A stretch of 64,000 nucleotides of DNA. Source: Octopus sinensis. Taxonomy: Eukaryota. The notes beneath the pieces are model-generated. The model worked only from the letters and a program-made list of their open reading frames with translations. It was not told the DNA's origin and did no database searches. Position numbers and translations under genes: made by a program. Below, piece after piece: positions 51,101-64,000 of the stretch. Location: the NCBI RefSeq assembly GCF_006345805.1, contig NC_042998.1, forward strand, positions 70,246,001 through 70,310,000. The letters are read 5' to 3'. Each line of letters starts with the position of its first letter. Position 1 is the first letter of the stretch.

Positions 51101-51766
51101 TTAATAATGTTAAATTATTAACATTAACCCCCAGTATATGTTAATAATTTAAGTTAAATCAGCTTAGTTGTAATCTTACAACCTAGCTATCACGCTTCAT
51201 TGTAGTTGAATATCCTCCTACATACATTTACACCCACACACACACATGCACACACATACACACACACATACATACTTACATATATGCTTCTACCTTGTTG
51301 CTGTTGTGCAGCCCCAGGATGGCATGTAGGTAGATGTTGTCTATAGATCTTATGCCTTCATACATTGAATACCTTAACCTTGTTGGCAACAATACTGCAC
51401 ACTGACCACAGGGGATGCAGGCCAGGTGGACATGGCTGGACTGTGACAGTTGCCCTTCTTTGGCTCTTGTTTCACATTGCAGTAGTAGAAAGATGAGTAG
51501 AACCTAACACAGAGTTTTGGTAGCTAATGATGTTACCTCTATTTTGTTATGTATAGTCTGTTATGTTTGGTTGTTTTTGGGTGTTGTCTTAGGGGTTTTA
51601 GAATGGTGTTGTAGTAATTGTTGTTTAGTGTTCTGGGTGTTGTAGTATTGGTCTTGAATGATGTAGACGGAGTGTTCTGGAGTATTCTACTGGCAGTATT
51701 GTAACAGTGTTGTAGCAGTATTCTGGGGTGTTTTATTTCGAGTGTCCCAAGGTATTGCAGTAGCAA

Positions 51767-51988
51767 AGGTGGTGAGCTGGACGAAACATTAGCACACCGG
51801 GCGAAATGCTTAGCAGTATTTCGTCTGCCGCTACGTTCTTAGTTCAAATTCTGGCGAGGTCGACTTTGCCTTTCAGCCGTTCGGGGTCTATTAAATAAGT
51901 ACCAGTTACGCGATATAATTGACTTAATCTGTTTGTCTGTCCTTGTTTGTCCCCTCTGTATTTAGCCCCTTGTTGGAAGTAAAGAAAT
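51767..51988 (+). mobile_element. SINE family C, full length, with a 17-bp TSD
   Basis: TSD AGGTATTGCAGTA(G/A)CAA at 51750-51766 and 51989-52005; core gactttgcctttca.cc.ttcggggtc..taaataagtaccag resembles the Deu/Nin SINE domain (from memory). Confidence 0.9.
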
Positions 51989-53000
51989 AGGTATTGCAGT
52001 AACAATCTTCTGATATGTTATTGTGGTAGTGTGGAAGTTTTAGTAGTCATCTGGTAGTATGTAGTTGACTTTTTATGACCAAATATTTCTAATCATATAT
52101 GTCTATGCTTAGTTAATTATTCACCTGATTGCAGTTGTTGATCTCTTAATTCTCATGTACTATACAATTCTTCAGTTTTTAAGCTAATTACTTATCTAAG
52201 CAATTAAACTTCTATTGAGGTAACATATATAGTTACCTTTACAATTTGACAGTCTACCGAGACACGAGGCACAAGCTCGCAATATATTTATGCATTTGTT
52301 GTTATCCCTATTTAGGGTCACAGTAAACAAGGGTACTGGAGCATTAAAAGACCTGCTGGTACATCAGACTGTTGGAAGTTTGCCAACTGCACACTCTGCC
52401 ACAACCATCACACACCCTTTTCTCTCTTGCACACTCTGTCTGACTTTATATATAAAATATATGTATATATCTATACATACACACACACACACACACATAT
52501 GTACATACATAGACACACACATACACAAATATATGTATATATCTATACACACACACACACACACACACACATATATGTACACACACACATATATGTACAC
52601 ACACACATATATGTACACACACACACAGACATTCCTACGAACACAAATACATATAAACATACATATATGTGCATATACATCTGACCTTTTCTTTCCAATA
52701 CTTTCCATCCAGCTTTAAACTGTTTCAGCTACTGAAACATTTGCTGTTCATTCTTACTAACCCCTCTACTCCACTTCAACTTGTACCCCCACCATTGCTA
52801 CCACCACCACCAGCACCACCACCAGCAAAATTATTGTTGCTACTACTGTTGTTTTCACAAATTATAGTGGGTGGGGTAACATGATAGCCTCACTTACATT
52901 TGACAGTCTTTACCTCCTATTGGGTGTATGTATGCGTGTATGCATGTATGCATGTATGTATGTATGTATGTATGTATATATGTATGTATGTATGTATGTA

Positions 53001-53037
<37 letters not shown>

Positions 53038-53106
53038 GTGTGTATGTATGTATATATGTGTGTGTGTATGTATGTATATATGTGTGTGTGTGTATGTATG
53101 TCTATA

Positions 53107-53160
<54 letters not shown>

Positions 53161-53663
53161 CTGTAATTATTGTTGTAAAGTACACACAACAACAGTTAGA
53201 CATTACTTGATACTAGTTGCAGCGCAAACTAAATGTAAAAATATACAAAATAAAGCTGAAAACTATAGAGGATGACAGTTTACTGCAGTTATGTCTGTTG
53301 AATTTTCTGAATTCTAACGAGGACCTCTGTCAAAATTTTGCATATATAATGAAACTTAAGATTTGGGAAAGGAAATAATAGAACAGGATGTAAGTAGGAA
53401 GGAAAATAATTGAGAAAGAAACAGGGCTGGAATAGGCTGCTGGTTCACTTATAAGACAGCTGATGTATCAAAATAAAAAGATATATATATATATATATAT
53501 ATAATAATGTAGGAATATAAAATATAGTTTATAAAATGTAATGGGTGGTGACTCACAGTGTTAAATCTTATATTAGTAAAGAGAAGCAGATCTCTATCTG
53601 TCTCTCCATAATGATTTCTGTATAGAGAGCGGGAAGAAGGGTAGAAGTAAAAGTTGTTGAGAG

Positions 53664-53789
<126 letters not shown>

Positions 53790-53906
53790 TGAAAGATAGA
53801 CTAATAGGTAGTGCTGTCACCTTAGCTAACAAATTTTGTTTAAAAGCCAGGGAATTTTAAATGCAAATCTGTCGACGCAACACAGACTTAAAAAAAAAAC
53901 TGTGTG

Positions 53907-53943
<37 letters not shown>

Positions 53944-54869
53944 TTGTGTGCGTGTGTGTGTTTCAACATATAGACAATACAACACAGATTTTGAAAAAGA
54001 CTTTCACTTTGAACAATTTATGAAGGTATGTGCATGATTAACAAGTATTTTTATTGATAATATAGCAATGGATAAGACCAAATTGTAATATAATAGTTGG
54101 AAAGAATACAATTCATAACCTTTGTGGTGAATCTGGTATGAGACATAGTCTATAAAAGGAAATCACCCTTGTATGTCTTCATATGTAATGAATAAGCGGG
54201 GTCTAAAATACCCTAGAACATTAAAATTGATATGATATTCTAAAATTGCAAAGAAAACTAAAATCTTAAAATTAAGATTATTAAGAGGACTTTGGACCAT
54301 TGATTGATTTATTCTTCTAAATGTGGGTGAAAAGGTAACATTTTTTTTTGTCTTTATGAAACGAAACTAATTATGTTTTGTGTTTTTTTTAAAAATTTTT
54401 CTTTTATATGAGATTTTAACATTCCTGTTTTTCAATGCTATTTATAAAAGGAAATCACTCTCATAACCAATTCTCAGCTTTTGTCATCTAACAAACAGTT
54501 TAAGAAAAGATAGGTATACAAAACCATTCATGCATAAACCTTGAAATCAATGCAGTGTTTTAATTAAGTAGAGAAACAATTGAAAACAATATTGCATAGA
54601 ATACGGAGAGGCAAAGCAAACAAGTCTGATTAGAATAGTTATGTAGCTTGGCACATCAATTAATTTCTAGTTAGCATTGTAATTTAAATTATCTTTAAGT
54701 CTCCTTATGTATGTGATGGCACAAGTCTTAGAATTTCAAAATTGTTGTTTTGGCTTCCAGACCAGATGGTGCATTGTGTTCTAGAGCAAGACACTTCATT
54801 TCACTTTGTTCCACTTCACTCAGCTGTATATGTGTAACTTTGCTGAAAGACCTCTGTGTTCATTGTTTA

Positions 54870-55800
54870 TTGGTATTTCGTAGGATAGATGGACCCTAGT
54901 TTCTGTAAATACAACCAAATTAATATATAGAAGCTTAATATGTAAATGGGTTAATATATGCAATCTTAGAGTATCACTTCTCTCAACCAAATCTCTTGAT
55001 TCTATGCTAGCGTCAAAAGGGAATATTTGATATCCTGTTTTCAAAAATTCAAATGGACTTCCTAGTATGTATAATGTTGTTAATTTGAGAAATAGTATTA
55101 AGCGAGGAATTCTATGAAAAATTTAATGCATCTATAAACAGGGATTCAAATATGGGTGGGTAGGAATTTTCTATGCTAAACTGAGTAAATTTACAATTTT
55201 TATTTGTTTGTTTGTGGGATAGGAATTTAAAGCACATCATGACTGAATCTGAATTATTCAATATGAGTAACTGAGACAATAATCAGACTTTGGGGATTAC
55301 CTTATCAATAAGTATTTGCTGATAATGCTGCTGTATGTGTTTTTGTCAGATTAACGAGTTTGGTTGTGGGGTTGTTAGCAAAGTTAGCCTTATGATCCTT
55401 AAACGTAGCATATGGGATTTTTTTTACTACCAAGCATAACATTTTAGTCTCTACTTCTAAATCTGTTGTTAGTCTTTTTACTTTAGTATTAGTATCATGT
55501 AGAATTTTAAAAGAATCTCATCTTTTTGTAGTTATTCGTGTTGGAGCTCAAAAGAAATTTATGGTATTTACTAGGGTTGACATATTAGTCATTCTTAGTC
55601 TTATCAGAGGGTACAAAAATGTTTTTGTTGGAGTAAAACGTCTGTATTTAGATTTGGAATCTTTCTAGAATCTAATGTTTATGTCTAGAAATGGAGTCAC
55701 CGTATTGCTAGGATTTTATTTACAGCATTCAGGATGTTGAGTTTTAGTATAGAATTGTTTTCTGGGTCTTCCTTTAATTTCCTGGTGTCTTCCAATGTGT
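54870..55800 (-). pseudogene. Penelope-like element reverse transcriptase relic
   Basis: DKTKND*YVNPSKYHKFL..NYKK / PYATFKDHKANFANNPTTKLVNLTKT / KNCKFTQFSIENSYPPI..ALNF / IIHTRKSI / FDASIES..LHIL match PLE RT motifs in order (DKTRNLY; FITLKDHK.NF.NNP.CRLINP.K; F.QFDI..FYPSI; HARKSL; FDVTMGS); many stops and frameshifts. Confidence 0.8.
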
Positions 55801-56484
55801 CCTTTATGACATCATGAAAAACCCCATAAAGCAAAACACAAAATGTGCCACGCAACCATAAAACTAACACGAGTAATATACAATAAAAGTACCAAAACTG
55901 AAAACCTTCTTATCAATAACAGATCGCATATATGTAAATCTGTATCTAAGCTTGCTCAATCATCATTATCAGCATTATCATTTAACGTCTGTTTCATTTA
56001 ACTTACAAAGTCAATTACATATATGGCTGACAGTACTCCATGATATAGGCCATACATGTATAACACTCTCTCACTTTCTCAACATGCATTCACAACAAAG
56101 AGCAATTGTAATGCATGACACTGCATAATACAAAGCAGAATTTAGTAGGCAAGTACTATGGTCAACATACCTATACTCTGTAGAATTCCCAACAAAATTA
56201 GTTGCTTAACAATAAAAGTAATACCACACAATGCTTAAATAAACACACAGACAACATTCACTATTGCAAACCAAAATTAATCACTCATTTTTTAATATCA
56301 TTTACTGTTTCTGTCATTGAATTGTGGTCATACTGGGGCAACGTCTTGAAGGGTTTTAGTCGAACAAATCACTCCCAACACTTATGTTTTTTTTATAAAG
56401 TTTGATATTTATTCTCTTAGTCTTTTTTGCCAAACTGCTAAGTTACAGAGACATAAATGGACCAACACTAGTTGTCAAGCAGTG

Positions 56485-56770
56485 GTCATCATCATCATCG
56501 TCATCATCACCGTTTAACTTCTGTTTTCCATGCTAGCATGGATTGGATGGTTCAACTGGGGTCTGGGAAGCCAGGAGGCTGCACCAGGCCCCAATCTGAT
56601 CTGGCAGTGTTTCTACAGCTGGATGCTCTTCCTAACGCAAACCACTCCGAGAGTGTAGTGGGTGCTTTTTACATGCCACCAGCACAGGGGCCAGAGGAGC
56701 TGGCATCGACTGCAATCAGATGGTGCTTTTTATGTGCCACTGGCACGGAAGCCAGTCAAAGCGGCATTGG
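56485..56770 (-). mobile_element. Family A copy
   Basis: (CAT)n start, ttccatgctagcatgg..gctggatgctcttcctaacg. Confidence 0.85.
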
Positions 56771-56824
56771 CTGACAAACGCAGACATAAAGACACAGACA
56801 CATAGACATATATAGATATAAAAA

Positions 56825-56960
56825 CTATGCGCTTCCACACAATTTCTGTCTACCAAATTTACTTATATGACATTGGGTGGCCTGGGGCTATAGCAGAAGA
56901 CACTTGGCCAAGGTGCTGTGCAGTGGAACTAAAACTGAAGCCACATGGTTGCAAAGCATG
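56825..56960 (-). mobile_element. SINE family B, 5' half, degenerate
   Basis: ctatagcagaagacacttggccaaggtgctgtgcagtggaact. Confidence 0.65.
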
Positions 56961-57956
56961 TCAAAATCACATCTGCCCTGCTGGCTATAAAGTGACACCA
57001 AAACACATTGATAATCAATTCCTGCCAAAGAAACAAGACTATGATGGTCTAGAAATGGGGGATGGTTTTAAGAACTTTACTATTGCAAACAAACTGTGAT
57101 GGGACTCATGTGAAAATGTTTATTCAAAAGGTAAAAAAAAAAGAAATAATTCCTCTCTATTCCAACCCCACCACTGTTTACATGTATATGTTTTTTATGT
57201 GTATGTATATATTTGTGTGTGTATATATGTATGTATATGTGTGTGTATGCATTTTTGTATACTCACATATATAAGTGTATATTGTGTGTGTGTGTCTGTG
57301 GTGAGTAAAAAGAATGTATGTAGGAAAATGCTTCTAATACCATTATGTATGTGTGTACATGCCTATGCCTGTTGAGTTGTTGAATGTAGAATCATCAGGA
57401 TCTGTCACCACCACCACCACCACTACTACTGACAACAACAACAACGACAACAACAACACCCATACTGTGTTTAACTTTCCATTCCATCACTAATGTGATC
57501 TGAAGTGGCAACATCTCAAGGACAGTAATGATATTTCTGTTGGTAGTGTTGGTGGTAGTGGTAATGTTGTTGTTGTTGTTGTTAGTTGTGATGCCGGTAT
57601 GGTAGCGTTGGTGAAGTTCTGCGAATACACCCCTTGGGACTATGAAGCAAGAATGGATGCGTTGGCGCTGTGGTGCTGTGTGTTATATTTTACATACATA
57701 GCTAACCAGCAGGTTATCACCGACAAAGGCAGCTCCCTTAAGTCCTCCCCAACCTCCACTCAGTCCCACCCGACACCACACACTCCTACTGCTGCTGCTG
57801 CTATTGTTGTTGTTTTGTTGTTGTGTCCCCTTGTCTAAACCCTTAACTAAATATTTACACTTATGAATATTTCACTGATGATACAGCCTGATATAGCAGC
57901 TAACACCACCACCACAGCCATTGCTGCTACTGCTGCTACTACTACTACCACTACTA

Positions 57957-57993
<37 letters not shown>

Positions 57994-58909
57994 ATGACAC
58001 CATAATCTAGCCCACACATCTGTAAACAGTATTTCAAACAGCAGTCCCTGTTCCTTATACAGGCACACAGGCACATATGATTCTTCATTGTAACAGCATT
58101 ACCACCACCAAGCTAAGGAGCGAGAACTGTGCAATCGCTTGACTTGCTAGAAATAGCAGTTAAATCACATCTTACCACTTTAAATAAGAAACCATACGTG
58201 TCTGATAATGTAGTCCTACAAATTCCTAAAAACAGACTGGATGGTTGTGGCTGGAGTGATTTTGATCCTGATTCTGGTACATCAAGGCTCATCCACAATC
58301 CATATTAAACAGTAACCATAAGTCCCTCTACTATATGTCAGTTTACTTATGCTGATATGGTTTAATTGCTCTGTGTTCATCTCATGTCTTTCTTGTTTAC
58401 ACATATCTTGAATAGCTATGAAATGTTTGGGCACAGCTGTTTTGGCTATGCTGATTATGATGCTCACTTATTTGATGTGGGACATTTTGATATTCCCCTC
58501 CTTTTACTGTTTCTCTTGTTTTCTCTCTCCCCACTCTTTCTCTTTCTCCCCTTTTCTCTCTCTCTTTCTTTCTGTTTATGTGTGTGAACATATTTCTTTT
58601 TAATATGTATGAGGAGATGGAAAATGCTTGCATCTGTTGTGTTCAATTAATAAATTGTAATATCTCTGTCTCTTTCACACTTTCTGTCTGTATGTGTATA
58701 TTACTGTGCATGCATGTTTGTGTGTGTGTGTGTGTGTTTGCCTCTAGTGCCAAAAAGTACTGTTTGCCAAAGCAAGCTCAATGTTCAGTTTGCCATGGCC
58801 ATGTCAAATGACCAGCATCCAAGCAGCATTGCCCAATTGTCTCATTTGGATCTTGAACCAAAAACTCATGTTTACATGTGTATATCAGTGAATTTTTTTT
58901 CATAAAAAA

Positions 58910-59125
58910 AAAAACACCATCCGAGCGTGGCCGTTTGCCAGCCTCGTCTGGCACCTGTGTCGGTGGCACATAAAATCACCCACTACACTCTCAGAGTGGT
59001 TGGCGTTAGGAAGGGCATCCAGCTGTAGAAACACTGCCAGATCTGACTGGACTGGTGCAGCTTTCGGGCTCCCCAGACCCCAGTTGAACCGTCCAACCCA
59101 TGCTAGCATGGAAAGCGGACGTTAA

Positions 59126-59156
<31 letters not shown>
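58910..59156 (+). mobile_element. Family A copy with 1 internal module
   Basis: caccatccgagcgtggccgtttgccagcctcgtctggc..(GAT)n. Confidence 0.9.
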
Positions 59157-59373
59157 CATCACTTGATATCTTTCTAATGTCCAGCCAGTAGCTCAAATTC
59201 AAATCATCTCACTCCAGCCTTCACTGATCTCTCACATCTACCTCCACAGATATCCCACATTCATTACCCATGTCTCACTACCAGGTAGTATTGCATACAT
59301 CTTACACATACTTCATATAATCTACCACCACAGATATATCTCTCTCTCTCTCTGCAATGTAGCATCACGCACC

Positions 59374-59602
59374 TTAGCTCTTTAGCATTTAAACTGGCCA
59401 TATCTAGCCAAAATATTCTACCTCTTTTACCTTCAAACTGGTTGTATCTGAGCTATTCACACCTACCCTATAGTATAATTTTACAAATAAACAATCACAT
59501 TGTCGAAATCTCAAAGCTATGAAATAATGCATGTTTAATTTAAAATGATGTGAATACCTAAGCATTACATTTGACAAAGTAATCTGAATGCTAAAGGGTT
59601 AA
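59374..59602. mobile_element. piggyBac-like MITE
   Basis: Ends TTAGCTCTTTAGCATT / AATGCTAAAGGGTTAA (left end decayed from TTAACCCTTTAGCATT). Confidence 0.7.
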
Positions 59603-59949
59603 ATATTGTGCTATGTGCATTTTTACTTTGTCAGCAAAAGTGAAAGTAGGCAAATATGCTTCTGAACTCTTCTCTGTCAACTCCATAAGTATGATTTTGA
59701 ACTCAGAACTAGTGGCACCAAAACTAGTCATAAAATAAACTACAGCTTATGGTGCTTTATTGTCTATTCTACAGCTGTTATTTTCGCTATATTAATTCAG
59801 TGGGACAGCATAACACCAACTGTTGATTTTTGATGAAAGGACATTATATCTGAGTAAACAAGGTAGACAATGCCAACTCAGATGACTAAAACTATAAATA
59901 TTGAATATAAGAAGTAAATATGTGTGTGTGTGTGTGTGTGTGTTATATT

Positions 59950-60480
59950 GGCACTCTGTTGGTTAGGATGATCAGGGTTCCAGCTGATCCAATCAAGGGA
60001 ACAGCCTGCACATGTAATTACTCTGCAAGTGGCTGAGCACATCACAGACATGTACTCCTATCACAGTTTACAGAGAGATTTTAGCATGCCGGGTGAAATG
60101 CTTAGCGGTATGTCATCTGTCTTTATGTTCTGAGTTCAAATTCCGCCAATGTTGACTTTGCTTTTCATCCTTTTTGGGTCAATAAATTAAGTACCAGTTG
60201 CGTACTGGGGTTGATCTAATTGACTGTCCCCCTCCCCCAAATTTCAGACCTTGTGCCTAGAGTAGGAAAAGAAAAAAAAAAGGTTTAGAGAGAGATTCAC
60301 AGGGACACATAATGTGCCTCTTGAAATATAGGTTCCACTCATTTTTGCCAGCTGAGTGGACTAGAGCAACACAAAGTAAGATGTCTTGCTCAAGGACACA
60401 ACACACTGCTGGTAATTGAACTCACAACTTTATGGATCGCGAGCTGAGCACCTTAACCACCAAGCTATGCACCTTCACAC
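59950..60480 (-). mobile_element. SINE family D interrupted by a family C insertion (60081-60282, +)
   Basis: 15-bp TSD GTTTA(C/G)AGAGAGATT at 60066-60080 and 60283-60297; A-rich tail on the insert. Confidence 0.85.
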
Positions 60481-60670
60481 ACACATACTTACACATATAT
60501 ATATGTTTGTTTTTAATAATTGATAGTAGTAGTAGAGTGACTCAAGGGCTGAAAGTTTGGTAAGTGCCAATGCATGAAACTTTTGGTCTTTGAGTCACTC
60601 TGCAGTTTCTGTTCATGTATACTCATGTTTTGAGTTCTATTTTCTTCTATGCATCACCTAACCCATATAT

Positions 60671-60714
<44 letters not shown>

Positions 60715-60716
60715 AA

Positions 60717-61915
60717 TATGATGACTTTGTTCTTATAACTGAATCACTAATCAGTACCTGACCAAGAGAAAAAATTTCAGGTGTGAAAGCAAGGCCTGGA
60801 ATTTAAGGGTCTTAGAGTTACTTTAGCAAAAACCAAAGTCCTAGTAAGTGGGAAAACAGATAAATTGAAGGTCTCTTCAGGGAGATGGCCCTGCTCAATA
60901 TGTAAGAAGGGTGTTGGTAGAAACTCCATATGTTGCATGCAGTGCAAGCTTTGGACACATAAGAGATGTCACAGTATCACAGGAAAGTTAATCGAGAAAA
61001 TAGTCTTTGCGTGTGGCAAATGTGCAGGTACAATAAGCACTAAAAACGTGTAGATAATAGACTCTCTCAAATGCTCGGGGGATCATTAGAAGTAGTAGAT
61101 AACTTCTGTTACATAGGAGACCATGTTAGCAGTGGAGAAGGGTGTTCTGAAAGTGTAGTTGCTAGAATAAGAATGGGCTGGGCAAAGTTCAGAGAGCTTC
61201 TGCTTTTGTTGGTAACTAAGGGCCTCTCATTCAGAGTGAAAGGCAGATTATAGGATGCCTGTGTTACACAGCAGTGAAACATAGGCGTTGGCTACAGAAG
61301 ACTTGTGAAGGCTTGAACCTAGCATATTGCACTGGATGGGTAAAGTCATTGTGCATGCATGACAGAGTGTAAATGATTTAAGAGGAAAACTGGGCATAAA
61401 AGGCATCAGATGTTGTGTGCAAGAGAGAATAATGTGCTAGTTTGGTCATGTGATGCATATGGATGAGGACAGCTGTGCTGAACACTAATTGTGGAGGGAA
61501 CCCGTGGAAGGTGTAGACTCAGGAAGACGTGGGATGATGTGGTGAGAAAGAATCTTCAGATGCTGGGCCCCACTGAGGAAATGACAAGGGACTGGGAGTT
61601 GTGGCAATTTGCTGTACTTGAGAAGATGTATCAAGCCAAGTAAAATTGCTGTCATCCATACATACAAGCTTGTCCTTTGCAGGTGCTGGTGCCACATGAA
61701 AACGTTCATGCTGGTGCTGTGTGAATGCACCCTTGCCAATGGCATGCCAAAAGTACCCAGCACACTCTGTAAAGTGGATGGTATTAGGAAGGGCATAGAA
61801 ACCAGGCTACAACAAACAGCTGGAGTCTGGACAGCTCCCTGGTTGGCCATTTCCATGTCAAACCATCCAACCCATGCCAGCATGGAAAACGGATGTTAAA
61901 TAATGATAATGATGA
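60717..61915 (+). pseudogene. 5'-truncated RTE-clade LINE: RT from the YADD-like motif, PHD-like Cys/His finger, C-terminus, 3' UTR and (GAT)n tail
   Basis: YDDFVLITESL..KQGLEFKGLRVTLAKTKVL..GRWPCSICKKGVGRNSICCMQCKLWTHKRC..CGKC..LEVVDNFCYIGD..ARIRMGWAKFRELL..LSFRVKGRL..RKTWDDVV; several stops and frameshifts. Confidence 0.9.
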
Positions 61916-62049
61916 TACATTTATATAAGCTTATATACAGTTAAAGATAAGAGCTTTTAAATTCAAATGCAAATATATACATGAAAATATGTATGAGAGT
62001 GTGTATACATCATAATGTGTGCATATAAATATATATATATATACAAGTG

Positions 62050-62080
<31 letters not shown>

Positions 62081-63107
62081 TTGTGTATGTATGTATGTTT
62101 AAAATATATATGTGTGTGTGTGGGGGGGTTGAATACAGATGTGTTTGAATAGACATTAACATAACAGTTTGGATATTCACCAAAAAATATGTTTGTGCAG
62201 TTCACTCTTTATTACATTTTGTTTATGTTTGAGAGTGTAGTGTGTGTGTTTATGTGTATGATGTGTGAAGCAGAGCGGCATCAGAAATGATGTTAGGTTG
62301 AAAGTGAGTCAAGGACAAGGCTCAAGAGACCTTCACATCATCATCATCATTATCATCATCGTCACCATTCCCCCTTTAACCACAACCACCACCATCACCA
62401 CCACCACCACCACTATTGCCAGCATAACCATCAGCAACACCAACACTGCTGCCACCACTGCCATCATACCATCACAAGCACCACTAACACCACTGCCATC
62501 ATCACCATGATCATTGCCATGCCAATTCTGGTAACACCATTGTCATCACCATTAACTCTACCAACACTGCTGAACCCGACACCACAGCCACCATCACCCA
62601 TACCATTGCCATCAACACTGCTACAACCATCACCATCACTGCTACAACCATCACTACCTTCACCATGCTTGTACACACACAAACAGATAGACATATATAC
62701 ATACACAAACATACATACATACATACATACACACATACACACACATACACACATACATACATACATACACACATACATAGGTACACCCTTAAAACAAAGA
62801 AAGAATACAGCAATATTGAAAACGTCTACAAACAAACAAACGACAACAACAAAAACAACAGCAGCAGCAGCAACAACAACAACAACAACAATAATAAATG
62901 CAAATACAAAGAATAGTTCTGCAGTGTGTTTGTTGAGAAAGAAACCAGATGCTTGGAGAATGTAGCGGAAAAATAAGCCGACTCCAATCTAATTATTAAA
63001 GCCATCTTTTAAACTTCCTTGTACTTCTATAAAGAAGAACAGATTATTTCTAATCACAATGCTTTTATTTGGATTTCAAACAAGTTTTACACTAGTCTTC
63101 TTGCTAA

Positions 63108-63138
<31 letters not shown>

Positions 63139-63344
63139 AAAATCATGGTGGTGGTTGTGGTGCTGGTAGTTGATGTTTTTTTGTTGTTGTTACCAATGAA
63201 TATTTGAATGAATTGTGATATTACCATTTTGGCTATGGGAAAGTTTTTTTTTTTCAATTTTACAATTCTTTATGTATCTATACATTTATGTTTGACTGTG
63301 AGCACATGTGGTATGTTTGTAAGATACACATATGCACAAACATC

Positions 63345-63358
63345 TATCTATCTATCTG

Positions 63359-63453
<95 letters not shown>

Positions 63454-63456
63454 GTA

Positions 63457-63493
<37 letters not shown>

Positions 63494-63640
63494 ATCTATC
63501 TATCTCTCTAATCTGTCTGTCTATCTATCTATCTAATCTGTCTGTCTATCCATCCATCCATCCATCCATCCATCTGTGAATCTGTCTGTCTGTCAATATA
63601 TCTATTTGTCAATCTATCTATCCATCTGTCTGTCTATCGA
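63345..63640. repeat. Compound tetranucleotide tract (TATC)n-(TGTC)n-(TCCA)n
   Basis: Directly visible. Confidence 0.95.
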
Positions 63641-63864
63641 TCTATCTGTACATGCACACTCACACGTCTATCTATCAATATATATACACACACACACACA
63701 TTCATACATACATGCTTAAATACACACAAAGTGGGGAGTGCAATAGAGGCAAGTATTGAGCATTTTCTCTTCCTCCATTGTTAAAAAGAGTTTCAATGAC
63801 AAGGGAAGTAATCAGGGAGTGGGGGTATGTATCTGTTATTTTATATCTTTCATATAATATAGAC

Positions 63865-63912
<48 letters not shown>

Positions 63913-64000
63913 TATCCAGATGTTAAAAATGGCTTTTTCTGAAGAAATGTGTGTTGGGGAGGTTTAATAGATGAGGGAAGTGGCCGGGGTGGACTAGCAG

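Noticed and set aside
52300-52420. Plus-strand acceptor ccctatttAG followed by open frames
   Set aside because: No strong donor and no recognisable peptide; such sites are frequent by chance in AT-rich DNA.
62330-62965. Pro/Thr-rich mucin-like ORFs
   Set aside because: Decayed (CAC/CAT/CAA)n repeat, open in several frames on both strands.

Overview
This is a very AT-rich, microsatellite-saturated eukaryotic window. The repeat families look like those of Octopus (coleoid cephalopod); that assignment is from recognition, not a search. I cannot support any protein-coding host gene: almost all ORFs in the supplied track are translations of (TA)n, (CA)n or trinucleotide repeats, so the window is probably intronic or intergenic. 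It is dominated by mobile DNA. (A) About 15-20 copies of a GAT-tailed element, shown at 60.7-61.9 kb to be the 3' UTR of an RTE-clade LINE. (B, C, D) Three abundant tRNA-headed SINE families, some with clear TSDs and nesting. There are also further decayed RTE fragments, two Penelope-like (PLE) ORF relics, and hAT-, Tc1/mariner- and piggyBac-like MITEs with recognisable TIRs/TSDs. The most interesting signal is a set of self-cleaving-ribozyme-like motifs, found by eye and not by a model search. Seven minimal hammerhead-like folds occur in five repeat families. Two sit in the body of a tRNA-headed SINE present as a head-to-head palindrome (23.2-23.7 kb). Three carry a non-canonical CCGA core. 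Most of the non-SINE ones lie in or next to (TA)n tracts. A decayed HDV-like fold sits at the 5' end of an RTE relic. None has been tested for activity, and most copies carry core or stem mutations.
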